64,000 bases of DNA from Octopus sinensis (GCF_006345805.1 NC_043000.1:136338001-136402000), one strand, 5' to 3'; shown: positions 25,795-40,100, numbered from the stretch's first letter. A program made the numbers and translations. Notes: generated by a model from the letters alone, not told the origin.

Positions 25795-26030
25795 GCGGCG
25801 AGCTGGCAGAAACGTTAGCGCGCCGGACGAAATACTTAGCGGTATTTCGTCTGTCGTTACGTTCTGAGTTCATTTCCGCCGGGGTCGACTTTGCCTTTCA
25901 TCCTCTCGGGGTCGATAAATAAAGTACCAGTTACGCACTGGGGTCGATGTAATCGACTTAATACCTATGTCTGTCCTTGTTTGTCCCCTCTGTGTGTAGC
26001 CCCTTGTGGGTAATAAAAAATAGGTATTTT
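25795..26030 (+). mobile_element. SINE family C, CpG-intact
   Basis: GGCGGCGAGCTGGCAGAAACGTTAGCG...GTCGACTTTGCCTTTCATCC...GTACCAGTTACGCACTGGGGTCGAT. Confidence 0.85.
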
Positions 26031-26493
26031 TTGAAAATTTCATTAAAAAAATTTACATTTTTCTGGAAGTTGTGAGGCAACAAAGTCGGTCGGGTAGGGG
26101 CACACATGTATAGGTAAGCCGACATTTGCATTATTTTACAATAATCATTTCAAATCCTGCTCGGCTGGTTTTTGTCTTATCTTTCAGGGCCCAATAAAAT
26201 GAGTTAATCGTAATAAAACAGAGTTGTAAACACCCCTGTAGCAATCCATTCAAATGCTGACGTCAGTAAAGTTGGTCAAAGAAAACCGGTCTTTTTACTT
26301 TTATTGGAATTTATATTGTATTTATTTAAGATGCCAAAGGAGTTCTGTGTTTTTGTTTTTATGAAGACGCTTCATGAATAATCTAATCTTCTCACTCCTT
26401 CGGTCATTGTTTTTCTAAGATGAAAATAGTATGATGACTTATAAAATATTTAGAGAATATTAAGTTTTACAGGCCAGATGTTAAAAAAATATT

Positions 26494-26616
26494 GGAGTGG
26501 CTGATTCCGGGTTCAGTCCCACTGTCTGGCACCTTGGGCAAGTGTCTTCTACTATAACCTCGGGCCAACCAAAGCCTTGTGAGTGGATTTGGTAGACGGA
26601 AACTGAAAGAAGCCCG

Positions 26617-26696
<80 letters not shown>

Positions 26697-26885
26697 TTGT
26701 GTGTCTGTGTTTGTCCCCCTAGCATTGCTTGACAACCGATGCTGGTATATTTATGTCCCCGTTACTTAGCGGTTCGGCAAAAGAGACCGATAGAATAAGT
26801 ACTGGGCTTACAAAAAGAATAAGTCCCGGGGTCTAGTTGCTCGATTAAAGGCGATGCTCCAGCATGGCCGTGGTCAAGAGTAAAA
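26494..26885 (+). mobile_element. SINE family B with internal (TA)n(TG)n
   Basis: CCGGGTTCAGTCCCACTG..GGCACCTTGGGCAAGTG...AAAGGCGATGCTCCAGCATGGCC; colinear with 58632-59048. Confidence 0.85.
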
Positions 26886-26914
26886 TTAAAAGTAAAATAT
26901 GTTTTATATGACAC

Positions 26915-27012
26915 ATTAGTTAGGGTTAGGGTTAGGGTTAGTGTCCGAAGGTTGAAAGTGTTTAGTTACAAAAAATTTATTACTCGATCTGCCGTTCAAA
27001 GGGTAAAGATCC
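26915..27012 (-). mobile_element. Merlin-like family end with (TTAGGG)n
   Basis: TAGGGTTAGGGTTAGGGTTAG followed by GTGTTTAGTTAC..CTGCCGTTCAAAGGGTAAAGATCC, the family TIR. Confidence 0.6.
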
Positions 27013-27255
27013 CTTATATTATTTATTTAAACCCTTTACAACCTGGGTCAAGAGGAAAATACATCAATGAAATGTTGGCAAGGCCATCGGTTGAATAAAA
27101 CAACATTGTTCCTCAACAGAACAATAAGGCTCTATAGTTAGGGGGAAATTTTACCCATTCAGTTTCAAAACTCAGGTGGGGCGAAAAGAGGTCTCTACAC
27201 ATGCATACGTATACACCACACACAACATACATACATATATCCAGACAACTTCAGC

Positions 27256-27860
27256 TTTATATAGAGTCATTCGTCGGAGAACGGTGCTTACCATGCGTTG
27301 ATAAGAGGCAATTACCTCGAAACCTGGTCCGTATGTAGTATCCGTATCTTCGGGGAATGATCTCCCTTTGCAGGCTAGAGGACACCGAGATGGTGTCAGC
27401 CCTCCTGGTGACGTCGATGATCGCCTGGGGCTAAATGCATCAGTAACACCCCCACCACCCCGCCCTGTCCCTAGCCACATTCAGATGGCTGATGCCCCTT
27501 ATGTTATAGAGCAGTTACTGTTTATATCTCGTTTAGAGATTTATTATTGTTTTCGAACGGTTTTTCTACATCAGTGACTGTGTTTACTGTGAAAATCCTT
27601 ATATATATGGCCTGTAGAGAGAGTCATTCGTCGGAGAACGGTGCTTACCATGCGTTGATAAGAGGCAATTACCTCGAACCTGGTCCGTATGTAGTCCGTA
27701 TCTTTGGGGAATGATCTCCCTTTGCAGGCTAGAGGACACCGAGATGGTGTCAGCCCTCCTGGTGACGTCGATGATCGCCTGGGGCTAAATGCATCAGTAA
27801 CACCCCCACCACCCCGCCCTGTCCCTAGCCACATTCAGATGGCTGATGCCCCTTATGTTA
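27256..27860. repeat. Near-identical ~255-bp tandem duplication of a GC-rich, probably retroelement-derived segment
   Basis: AGAGTCATTCGTCGGAGAACG...GCCCCTTATGTTATA at 27256-27512 and 27619-27860. Confidence 0.85.
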
Positions 27861-30800
27861 TATATATATATATATATATATAAAACTGAAATGCGTTTTT
27901 ACCGCTTGGTTCGCTTTCAATGCCACTACGTCCCGTCCGATTCGCTCCAAAATTTACAGGGACATGTAGAATGAGGTGACGATGCCCGTGGGCTACCTTA
28001 GAAATCCATAGCTTAAAAGGTGTGGTTGCTATGGGCCATCTTCCTCACTCACGCTATTTCCTCCATTCACCCTCTCACTCCCCTTCATTTGACAAGTCCA
28101 CTCCCGTTATTTAATGTAAAGTCTTCCTCAAATCACTCTCTCGCTATTTCCTCTCTTCCAAGAACATTTTCACTCACTCTATCTCTTAGCTTCCCATACA
28201 TTTTACTCATGTATCTGTCTGCGTTCATAGACAGAAACAAATATTCCATCGCCATCGCATTCTATTGTCTACCTGTCAACACACACCACACACACACACA
28301 CACCACACACACACACATATACATATATCTAATATTATATTTTTATTTTTATGTTTTTGTTTTGGGTTTTTACTGTTTCATTTGCCTATTAGTGGTTTTA
28401 TCTCTAATTTAATTTCTACAGCGTGCACATACACACACACCTATATGTGGCCCCAGTAGACCCGAATGAAATCGGGTTCTCTTCATCAAAATGTGAAAAG
28501 GGGTCTAGAATTATCATCGCCACAACTTATGTATATGTCTTCCTCACTCACTCACTCTTTTTCCTAATGATAATTATCATCGCCACCACCACCAACACAC
28601 AATCATGACAATCTTTCTCTTAAAACAAATCATGTTTACATTGCAAAATATTTCATTTTCCCGTCCTCCGAATGGCGAGACTTGCTGACACACATGATGA
28701 AAGGGAGGCACGTCTCGCTACTGACCGCATTCAAGCACAACAAAGAAACCGCAATCAGACAGCAGAACAGACACAAGTTACACGGTCTATAGCACGACGA
28801 AAACTCAAGCAAAACAAGGCTGCAAAGAGGGACGAGTTCTGGTACAGGGCCGCCTTCACCTACGATCCTGCTAAAAACTATGCCAACAACAAAGTGACCA
28901 TCGGAAAGATGGACAAAATTTGTTCCTCCTGTGGGGCCAAAAAGTGGGATTTCGATGTTCCCGGTCTTTGCTGCTCTCAAGGAAAAGTCCGACTCCCACC
29001 GTTACCTGATCCACCTCAGGTTCTTCTAGAATTGCTTACAAGTCCATCTGACGGTGCAAAGCATTTTCGTGAAAGAATTCATAGGTTTAATTCGTGCTTC
29101 TCAATGACATGCTTTCGAACAACGAGCATACCAGGTTTAAAAAAACAACAAAAACAAATATGCCACGACCTTCAACTGTTGCTTCGACAACAACTGAAAA
29201 TCTCAGTGTCCCCGGACCTTCATGGACTGTTACAACAACAAATAACGGAAAACCTCAATGTCCCTGGACCTTCAAGAGCTGTGCGAAAACAGTACTCGAA
29301 AACCCCCATGTCGACAGACATTCTACAAAGCCTAATTATCATTCAGAGAAGTATGAACATTTTTACACATACAAAATTCATGGACAGTGCTACCATCAAA
29401 TGGGAAGTCTTCGGCCGATGCCTGGTAAAGAGCCTACATTCATGCAAGTTTTCTTTGTTGGTGGTCACGATGAGGAACTTGCTATCAGGAAAAAAAAATC
29501 CAAAACTTGAGCAGCGTGTTATTGAAGTACTTCAGATGATGCTCCACCAGACTCATCCTTATGTTCGTGAGTTCAAAAATGCAATGGATACGTTGGATTC
29601 TCAACCTCATTTAAAATTGGTGATACATGCCGACAAAACTCTTGCCGGTGAGCACCCTGGTCGTTTCAACGCTCCAACTACGAATGAAGTTGCAGCTCTC
29701 ATGGTCGATGAGGTCCATGGAAATCGTGACATAATCCTCCGTCACCGCGACGAAGACGTGACTTTTGTTTCAGAATTACACCGATGTTACGATTGCTTGC
29801 AGTACCCTCTCCTTTTTCCTCATGGAGAGGATGGATACCACTTAGAAATTCAAAAGGTTGATCCCACAATTCTCACACTTCTTGACAAGAAGGTTTCCTG
29901 CAAGGCATTTTACGCCTATCGACTCATGGTGCGAGAAAACGATTTCAATTTATTACTAAGGTGCCATTCTTTGACCAATCAGTTTTTGGTCGACATGTAT
30001 TGTAAAGTTGAGTCCGAACGTTTAAAATACATTCGTTCTCACCAGGACCAATTAAGAGCAACAGAATACGTTAATCTAGAGGATGCAATGCGTCCAGACG
30101 GTGATGCAGCCAACGTTGGAAAACGTATTATTCTTCTTCATCAACATTTATTGGCTCACCTCGGTATATGAATAAACGCAATGACATACCTCGGTAAGTT
30201 TGGAAAGCCGGATCTCTTCATTACATTTACCTGCAATCCTACCTGGCCAGAGATTAAAGAGAATGTGTTCGCTGGGCAGCTGCCAGAGCACAGACATGAC
30301 ATTGTGGCGCGCGTTTTTCATGCCAAGTTGAAGAAAATGCTATTTTTACTGAAGGTTTTGCATATTTTTGGCCACAGTCTGCTTGGATGTATACTGTGGA
30401 ATGGCAGAAGAGAGGTCTTCCACACGTTCATATGCTAGCCTGGTGTCAGGATAGAATCCACCCTGTGGATATTGACAGAATTGTATCTGCTGAGTTGCCC
30501 GATCAAATGCTGATCCTCAGCTGCACAGCAGTGTGACAAAGCATATGATTCACGGTCCATGTGGTGACTTTAATCCGAGAAGTCCATGCATGAAGAATAA
30601 AAGATGTTCGAAGCGGTACCCTAGAGACTATTGCGGTCAAACCTGCACTACGAATGACGGATATCCCATCTACCGAAGGCGTGACCCAGGTTTGGGTGGT
30701 CGCACAGCTTGAATTAGACAACGGCTAAAACATTCGATGTTGATAATGCCTGGATCGTTCCATTCAACCCTTTGCTTTCCAAAACATTTAATGCACACAT

Positions 30801-33800
30801 TAATGTTGAGTACTGCAATTCGGTGAGATGTATACAATACCTCTGCAAGTACATTAATAAGGGCGATGATATGGCCGTGTTTTGTTCAGTGATGAAGACC
30901 TTAGACATGACGAATTAAACAATTCGTTTTTGGATACGAGATTCATCTAATTCTCACCATCAGTTTCCCCCTGAATGTTCATTTACAGAAGACACAGCTG
31001 ATTTACTTCACAGAGAAAAATGCACGTCAAGTCATTGAAAATCCAAAAGGGACTACGATTACAGCATTTTAAAATTGTGTTCAGTTGATGAGTTGCTGCT
31101 ACTCTCATTTACCTAAGTACCGGAATATTATACATACAACAACAATAATTGGAAGCGCAGGTCACATGGAACAGAACTTGACATTGGCCCGGTGTTTCTA
31201 GGAAGAACGTCATTGGCGTGTGTTAATATTCATCCTATCCTACCAAACAGGAAATCTTCTTTTTCAGAATGCTACTTCATGTAGTTACTGGACCGAAGTC
31301 TTTTGCTGATCTTTGCACGGTTGATGGTATCATCTGCGCCACTTACAGGGAAGCATGTTTGAGGTGCGGACTTCTTCTCAATGACGACCACTTACACAGG
31401 ACATTAGCAGAGGCCTCAATTGTAACTGCCATGGCAAATGCGTCGATTGTTTTGTAGCATATTAATCCACTGTAATCCCAGCAACCCTCTTAACCTTTGG
31501 GAATCGTTCAAACAGAGCCTATCAAAGGACATACAGGCTAATTTAGCGCTACGTGATGGCAACGACGATGTTTATAATGAGGCATTAATCGACATGGACA
31601 GATACATCAGACGCTATGTTATACGCGGTTTAAGTGAATTCCATCTGCCAACACCTGTCCATCATGAAGCGCCTTTGGATGTTGAATACATGTCAGAAAA
31701 AAACTACAACATTGCCGAATTGACGGAAACAATTACGCGAGATAAACCAAGACTTTTGCCTGAACAAAGAGAGATTTATAATGAAATTATTGACAGCGTT
31801 AGATTGAACCAAGGAAAGCTTTTCTTTTTGAATGCTCCAGGTGGGTACTGTAAAACTTGCTTGTATTCAATTTCATTCTCGCAAAGCTGCGCGCTGAACG
31901 TCGAATTGCCATTGCATGTGCCTCAAGTGGTATTGCAGCGACACTGCTTCAAGGCGGCCGTACGGTACATAGTGCATTCAAATTGCCCATGGACATTAGA
32001 AAGAAAGATAATCCTATATGTAATATAGATCGTAGTTCCTCAAGAGCAAGACTTCTCTCGTGAATGCAGTCTTTTTATTTGGGATGAGGCTACAATGAGT
32101 AATAAGGCCATGTTTGAGGCTCTTGACAGAACTCTCCAAGATTTGCGTCGTCACAATACAAAAATAATGGGTGGAGCTACGTTTCTCATGGCAGGAGATT
32201 TTCGACAAACTCTTCCTGTTGTCCAAGCAGGCACTAGAGCCGATGAGGTTAATGCATGTATAAAGCATTCTTATGTGTGGCACAGTGTTATCAGTCGCCA
32301 TCTTCAAACAAACATGAGAGTCCACCAACATGGTGATGTGGAGTCTGAGGCTTTCGCAAAACACCTATTGATCTTGGTGATGGAGTTTTGCCTTTCGTTG
32401 ATGATGAGCATATTCGGTTGCCTTTTGGGAATTTCGTTCCAAATGTAGAAGAACTTATAAGAGCCGTTTTACCTAACGTCGAACCAACTTCCAGGATCTC
32501 GATTGGCTAAGAGCAAGAGCTATTCTATCGCCTCATAATACAACAGCTGATGCTACAAATAAACAAGTACTCGATATGATTCCTGGTGAGATAGTTTCTT
32601 TCATGTCCATCGATACAAATAAAGATGAGATGATGCAGTCAAATATCCACCCGAGCTACTCAACAAGCTAACACCTCCGAGACGTCCACCTCATCATTTG
32701 TGTTTGAAAGTTGGTGCTCCAATCATTGTGCTCAGAATATGGAAACGCCTGAAATATGCAATGGAACCCGAATGGTTATAAGGAGGATTCAAAGCCATGT
32801 TATAACTGCTGAAATTTTGAGTGGATCATTTGTAGGAACAATCAAGATGATACATAAAATGTGTATTTCACCCTCTGATGTTCCCATTCAGTTTAAACGC
32901 ATTCAATTTCCAATAAAACTATGCTTCGGGATGACAATCAACAAGTCACAGGGACAATCACTGGACATTGTAGGCATTAACCTGTCACAACAACCGGTTT
33001 TCAGTCATGGTCAATTGTACGTAGCCTGTTCTCGAGTTGGAAATCCACCATAAACTCTTCATTCTTGGCAATCATGATGCACAAGGAACGTGGTTTATCA
33101 GAGGCTCTGACAAAAGAAACTGATTGTAAGTCATGAATGTGCTTGATTTTTTCTTTTGCACCTCTTCATTATCTCTTCATTCTTGAAAATAAGACATTAA
33201 AAAGAACATTGGGTTCAGATGTTTGCAAACATTTGATCCAACTCATTCTCTTTATTCCTAATTTTCCGATTCCTTCTACGTCTCCATTAAACGGTTTTGT
33301 CAGTTATTGTTTCTTCTTTCTTTTCGCTAACATAAGATATTCATAAAGTGAATGAGTTGTTAATTACATTTTATACACTATTCCATTGTTTAGGTGGTGT
33401 CGAAAGAACTGGCATGTGTCACCATATTAACTCTCTCAGTCAAACTCCCAACTCATGAGTTCACGTCGTGATACTCTTTCTACAAAACTGAGCTGGGTGT
33501 GAATTCTAATTTCATACACTATTACAGATGTGAGTTTACACATTCTGCCTTTTTTGGTTTAAACTATCTTCCTGCAGGTTAAAAAAATTATTTTTTTAGA
33601 GTCCTCTACAATATTCGCCACCGAAATTCCATTTTTCACTTTTAAGATTATACCCAGAGTGCTCTAATCGAATATAAACTGTCTTCCCATTGGTGGACGT
33701 TGTCTTTTTTATTTTTGAAACAAACACATTGCCTCTTTTCGTTTTAAAACAATAAAACAATACTATCTTAATACATTGTCCAACAAACAAAACATCATCC

Positions 33801-34070
33801 CCCACTCTCATTCTTTTATGTATCTGTCTTCCTCCATCACTCACTCTTTTCTCCCATCCTTTCACGTCCTATCTATAACGTCGTCTCACAGCGTCTAACT
33901 CCCTTACATTCACTTTCTCTTTATAACATCGTTCATCACAGCGTCCGTTATCCCCCCTCCCTGCCTTCCACAGCGCTTTCACAAACTCTCACTCTCTACT
34001 ACGTCTGTCTGCATTCATAGAGAGAATTATCATCGCCACGACCACGACACAATCATGAGAACAAATATTA
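27860..34070 (+). mobile_element. Helitron, autonomous-type and decayed
   Basis: TATATATAAAACTGAAATG 5'-type terminus near 27875; RepHel coding remnants; 3' boundary uncertain because no clear hairpin-CTAG was found after the ORF. Confidence 0.8.
28672..33115 (+). pseudogene. Helitron Rep (HUH) + PIF1-family helicase, with many frameshifts
   Basis: Zn finger CSSCGAKKW..CCSQGKV; Rep motifs FITFTCNPTW, YTVEWQKRGLPHVHML (30390), YLCKYINKG; helicase motifs LNAPGGYCKT, SSGIAATLLQGGRTVHSAFKLP, WDEATM, GDFRQTLPVV, CNGTR, MTINKSQGQS, FSHGQLYVACSRV. Confidence 0.95.
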
Positions 34071-34099
34071 TGAATCAGATATTTATTGGGTTATTTCTA

Positions 34100-34200
34100 T
34101 ATGTGTGTGTGTATCTATATATAATATATATATATAATATATAATTTGTATACATTTATATAAATAATATATATATATATATATATAATTTGTATACATT

Positions 34201-34244
<44 letters not shown>

Positions 34245-34414
34245 GTATACATTTTATAAAAATATATATAATATAATTTGTATAACCTTATATATATATA
34301 AATATATATATATATAAATATATATATAGTATATTTGTATAACTTTATATATATATAAATATATAAATATATATATATATATAAATTGTATAACTTTATA
34401 TATATATAATATAT

Positions 34415-34454
<40 letters not shown>

Positions 34455-34520
34455 TATGTATATGTATAAATATATATATAATATATATATAATATATAAT
34501 ATATATACATTTACATCAAT
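34100..34520. repeat. (TA)n-based satellite with ATAATTTGTATA cores
   Basis: Direct reading; the core resembles that of the 37-40 kb satellite. Confidence 0.85.
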
Positions 34521-34628
34521 TATGCATTGTTATAAACCGTCTAATAAAGGCCCGAAACATATGTACCGCTAAATCCTTTGCATCATGTTTTTATCTTGAT
34601 AAATATATATGTATATATGTGGATATAT

Positions 34629-34676
<48 letters not shown>

Positions 34677-34679
34677 TTA

Positions 34680-35372
34680 TAAAATGAGATAGGGGTTGAA
34701 AATTCAACCCACCATGGGATAACATATATCCAATATACTGCTAGAGAGGTACCCAACAAGACTAATACATAGATGTTAAAAATTGCCAAGCAATTAGTTC
34801 ATCTGCTGTATTTATGGGCAAAGGTAAAATATTACCGTAAATTAATACTACAAAATTAGAAATGGAGAAACATACTTAAATCAATAAAACATCAACCATC
34901 AGATGATACCCAATCAATACTTTATTACACCATTACATAACAGTAAAGGCATTAGTAGTGCGCATATATTTTCCTAGGTGTAAGTTTTAGAACTATTAGC
35001 CAAATATGTAAAATAACTGTGCTTATTAATATTTATATATATACTGATATATATTTTGTTTTATTTTGTTTTGTTTATCTTGCATTATTGTATCAATGAG
35101 TATATATATATATGTGTAGTAATATGGAGTTTATGCACAAGTTTTTTTATTACATTTTAATATTTATTAATATGGAAACAGCTGTCAGATATGATATAAT
35201 TAATATTATATTTAATATTTTATATTTCTATTTCCCTTGTCTATTTATATTTACAAAATATTTTGTATAATGCCTTTACTGTTATGTAATGGTGTAATAA
35301 AGTATTGATTGGGTATCATCTGATGGTTGATGTTTTATTGATTTAGTATGTTTCTCCATTTTCTATTTTGTA
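34680..35372. mobile_element. PLE-like remnant with ~100-bp inverted arms
   Basis: ~34850-34954 is the reverse complement of ~35268-35372; hammerhead 3' half GAAA-CAGCTG-TC at 35175-35186; flanked by (TA)n. Confidence 0.65.
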
Positions 35373-35479
35373 TATATATATATATAATATATATGTATAT
35401 ATAGATACATATCTATATATATATTATATATATATATATGTATATACATATATATAATTTATATATATATATATATATC

Positions 35480-35559
<80 letters not shown>

Positions 35560-35756
35560 GTTATATATATATATTATATATATATATATATATAATATTA
35601 TATATATGTATATAATATATATATATATATAATGAAATGGATAAATGAATTATCTTGTTTACGGATTATTCAAAATTATTCATATATATATATGTATATT
35701 ATATATATAAATATATATATATATATAATCTATATATATATATATATATATATGTA

Positions 35757-36512
35757 GGTCCCGGGTTGATTCGGGGTTAACCACAGTAAATAAGTAGCAA
35801 TACATAGCAGAGTAAACTTAATTTATTATATAGAAGGAGCTTCTACAGGACTAGAACTGTTTCATTCAAGAGAAATCTTCAGGAAGCTAGTTAACAAGAA
35901 TTGTATTGGCATTTATACATTTAGGCGGTTTATAAGGGGTGTTGGTGGGGGACTTTTTGGGGTAGGCATAGCGCAAATATCATATTGGGGGAGTGATCAA
36001 GGAGTCAGTGTTAAATTAGATAGAAGAATAAATAAAAAATAAAAAAATTTAAAAATATAAAAAAAATATAAAAAAATATAAAAATATATAAAAAAATATA
36101 TATAAAATAAAGGGAATACAGTTTTAGGTAAATAAGGAGATTCTCACTTATACCTATGCACATATGTATACATATATACACACACATACAAACATATATA
36201 CATATACATACACACATACACATACACACACACATATATACATATATATACACTTACACATACATATACATATCTACACATACACATATATGTATACATA
36301 CACACACTCACATGCATACACGTATACACACATGTATATACACACACGACCACACATACATATACAACACACAGAAAAATATATATACACATACCACACA
36401 ATACTGACATACACGCATACACACACATATCCACACACCACACATGCACACACCAGCACCTAGTCCCTATATACACATATATACACATACACACATATAT
36501 ACACACATACAT

Positions 36513-36554
<42 letters not shown>

Positions 36555-36895
36555 GTGTACCTATCACACACTACACATCCACACATATATACACATAAAA
36601 TACAGACCCATTCCCTAATTTTAATTTTATTATCTTCATTTATTACTTTTGTTATCTTTGACCGCTGGTCACAAAACATCTTGGCTATGACAGCCAGTCC
36701 ATTTATCTGTCTACTGGAAAACAAGCACTCATTCACTCACGCACACTCTTTAGCATGTACACTCACTCATTCGTACACTCATACACATACACGCTCCCAC
36801 GCGTTATATTCATATATACATACATCTACATACATTCACGTATATACACATACGTACGCGTACCTACAGATTCATGTCTACACTCTTAGAAGCTA
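35757..36895 (-). mobile_element. PLE-like terminal region (TG-rich on the minus strand) carrying a hammerhead
   Basis: Composition resembles the 3' region of 16386-21247; hammerhead at 35838-35888; flanked by (TA)n. Confidence 0.55.
35838..35888 (-). ncRNA. Type I hammerhead ribozyme
   Basis: AGCTTC-CTGAAGA-TTTC-TCTT-GAAT-GAA-ACAG-TTCTAGTC-CTGT-A-GAAGCT: 6-bp stem I, intact core, 4-bp stem III, GUA triplet; first pair of stem II is a U-U mismatch. Confidence 0.8.
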
Positions 36896-36993
36896 GTCTA
36901 TATATACACCAATAAATATAAATACACACACATACATATACACCTACATACAAATACATACATGTATATATATACACACACATTCACATATAT

Positions 36994-37071
<78 letters not shown>

Positions 37072-37139
37072 CAACATTATATATATATATACACACATAC
37101 ACATACATACATATAATTATACATACATATATATACATA

Positions 37140-40100
37140 CATATAATTTGTATGTATATATATAAATTGGTATATATATACATAATTTGCATATGTCTAT
37201 ATACATAATTTGCATATATATATACATAATTTGCATACTATATACATAATTTGCATATATATACACATAATTTGCATATATATATAAACATAATTTGCAT
37301 ATATATACACAATTTGCATATATATATACATATTTTGCATATATATATATACATAATTTGCATATATATATACATAATTTGCATATATATATACATAATT
37401 TGCATATATATATACATAATTTGCATATATATATACATAATTTGCATATACATATACATAATTTGCATATCATATACATAATTGCATATATATATATATA
37501 CATAATTTGCATATAAATATATACATAATTTGCATATATATACATAATTTGCATATATTATATACATAATTTGCATATATATATATATAATTTGCATACA
37601 TATATACATAATTTGCATATATATACATAATTTGCATACATATATACATAATTTGCATATACATATACATAATTTGCATATACATATACATAATTTGCAT
37701 ATATATATATACATAATTTGCATATATATATACATAATTTGCATATATATATACATAATTTGTATATATATACATAATTTGATATATATATACATAATAT
37801 ATATACGTAATATATATATACAATTTGTATATATATATATACAATTTGTTTATATATATATAATTTGCAATATATATATATATATAATTTGCATATATAT
37901 ATATATAATTTGCATATATATATATATATATAATTTGCATATATATATATAATTTGCATATATATATATATAATTTGCATATATATATATATATATTGCA
38001 TATATATATATAATTTGCATATATATATAATTTGCATACATATATATATAATTTGCATATATATATAATTTGCATACATATATATAATTTGCATATATAT
38101 ATATATAATTTGCATATATATACATAATTTGCATATATATATATATAATTTGCATATATTATACATTTTGCATATATAATACATAATTTGAATATATATA
38201 TACATATTTTGCATATATATATACATAATTTGTATATATATATATATAAATTGCATATATATATAATTTGCATATATATATATATAATTTGCATATATAT
38301 ATATATTTTTTTTTTTTGTACTTGTTCCAGTCATTTGACTGCGGCCATGCTGGAGCACCGCCTTTAGAGTGGTGAAAGAGTACAGCAGGGATCACCACCA
38401 CCCCCTGCCGGAGCCTCGTGGAGCTTTTAGGTGTTTTCGGTCAATAAACACACACAACGCCCGGTCTGGGAATCGAAACCGCGATCCTCCGACCGCAAGT
38501 CCGCTGCCCTAACCACTGGGCCATTCATATATATATACATAATTTGCATACATATATACATATTTTGCATATATATATATATATAATTTGCATATATATA
38601 TATATAATTTTGCATATATATATATATAATTTGCATATATATATATATAATATAATTTTGCATATATATATAATTTGCATATATTTATATATATTTGCAT
38701 ATATATATATAATTTGCATATATATATATACATAATTTGCATTATATATACATAATTTACATACATATAGACATAATTTGCATATATATATAATTTGCAT
38801 ATATATATATATAATTTGCATATATATATACATAATTTGCATATATATAACATAATTTGCATATATATATACATAATTTGTATATATATAAAATATAATT
38901 ACATAATTTGCATATTATAATACATAATTGTTATATATATACATAATTTGTATATATATTTACATAATTTGTATATATATATACATAATATATATACATA
39001 ATATATATATACAATTTGTATATATATATACAATTTGTATTTATATATATATACAATTTGCATATATATATATATAATTTGCATATATATATATATAATT
39101 TGCATATATATATAATTTGCATATATATATATATATAATTTGCATACTTATATATATAATTTGCATATATATATAATTTGCATATATATATATATAATTT
39201 GCATATATATATATATAATTTGCATATATATATAATTTGCATCCATATATATATAATTTGCATATATATGTATATATAATTTGCATTCATATATATATAA
39301 TTTGCATATATATATAATTTGCATATATATGTATATATAATTTGCATACATATATATATAATTTGCATACATATATTTATAATTTGCATACATATATATA
39401 TAATTTGCATATATATATATATATATATAATTTGCATACATATATATATATAAGTTGCATATATATATAAATAATTTGCATATACATATATATATATATA
39501 ATTTGCATATATATATATATATAATTTCCATACATATATATAATTTGCATATATATATATATATCATTTGCATACATATATATAATTTGCATATATATAT
39601 ACATAATTTGCATATATATATATATATAATTTGCATATATATATACATAATTTGCATATATATATACATAATTTGCATATATATATACATAATTTGCATA
39701 TATATATACATAATTGCATATATATATATATACATAATTTGTATATATATATACATATTTTGTAAATATATATATATATATATATATACTTAATTTGTAT
39801 AATATATACATGATATATATACATAATATATAATACATTATATATATATACAATTTGTATATATATATACATAATATATATACATAATATATATATACAA
39901 TTTTTATATATATATAATTTGCATATATATATATATAATTTGCATATATATATACTTGCATATATATATATATAATTTGCATATATATATTATATATTTT
40001 GCATATATAATATATAATTTGCATTATATTATAATTTTGCATATATATATATATATATAATTTGTATATATATATATTTGCATATATATATATAATTTGC

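Noticed and set aside
26919-26940. Telomere or chromosome-fusion scar
   Set aside because: Only 3-4 units, embedded in a TIR-element end.
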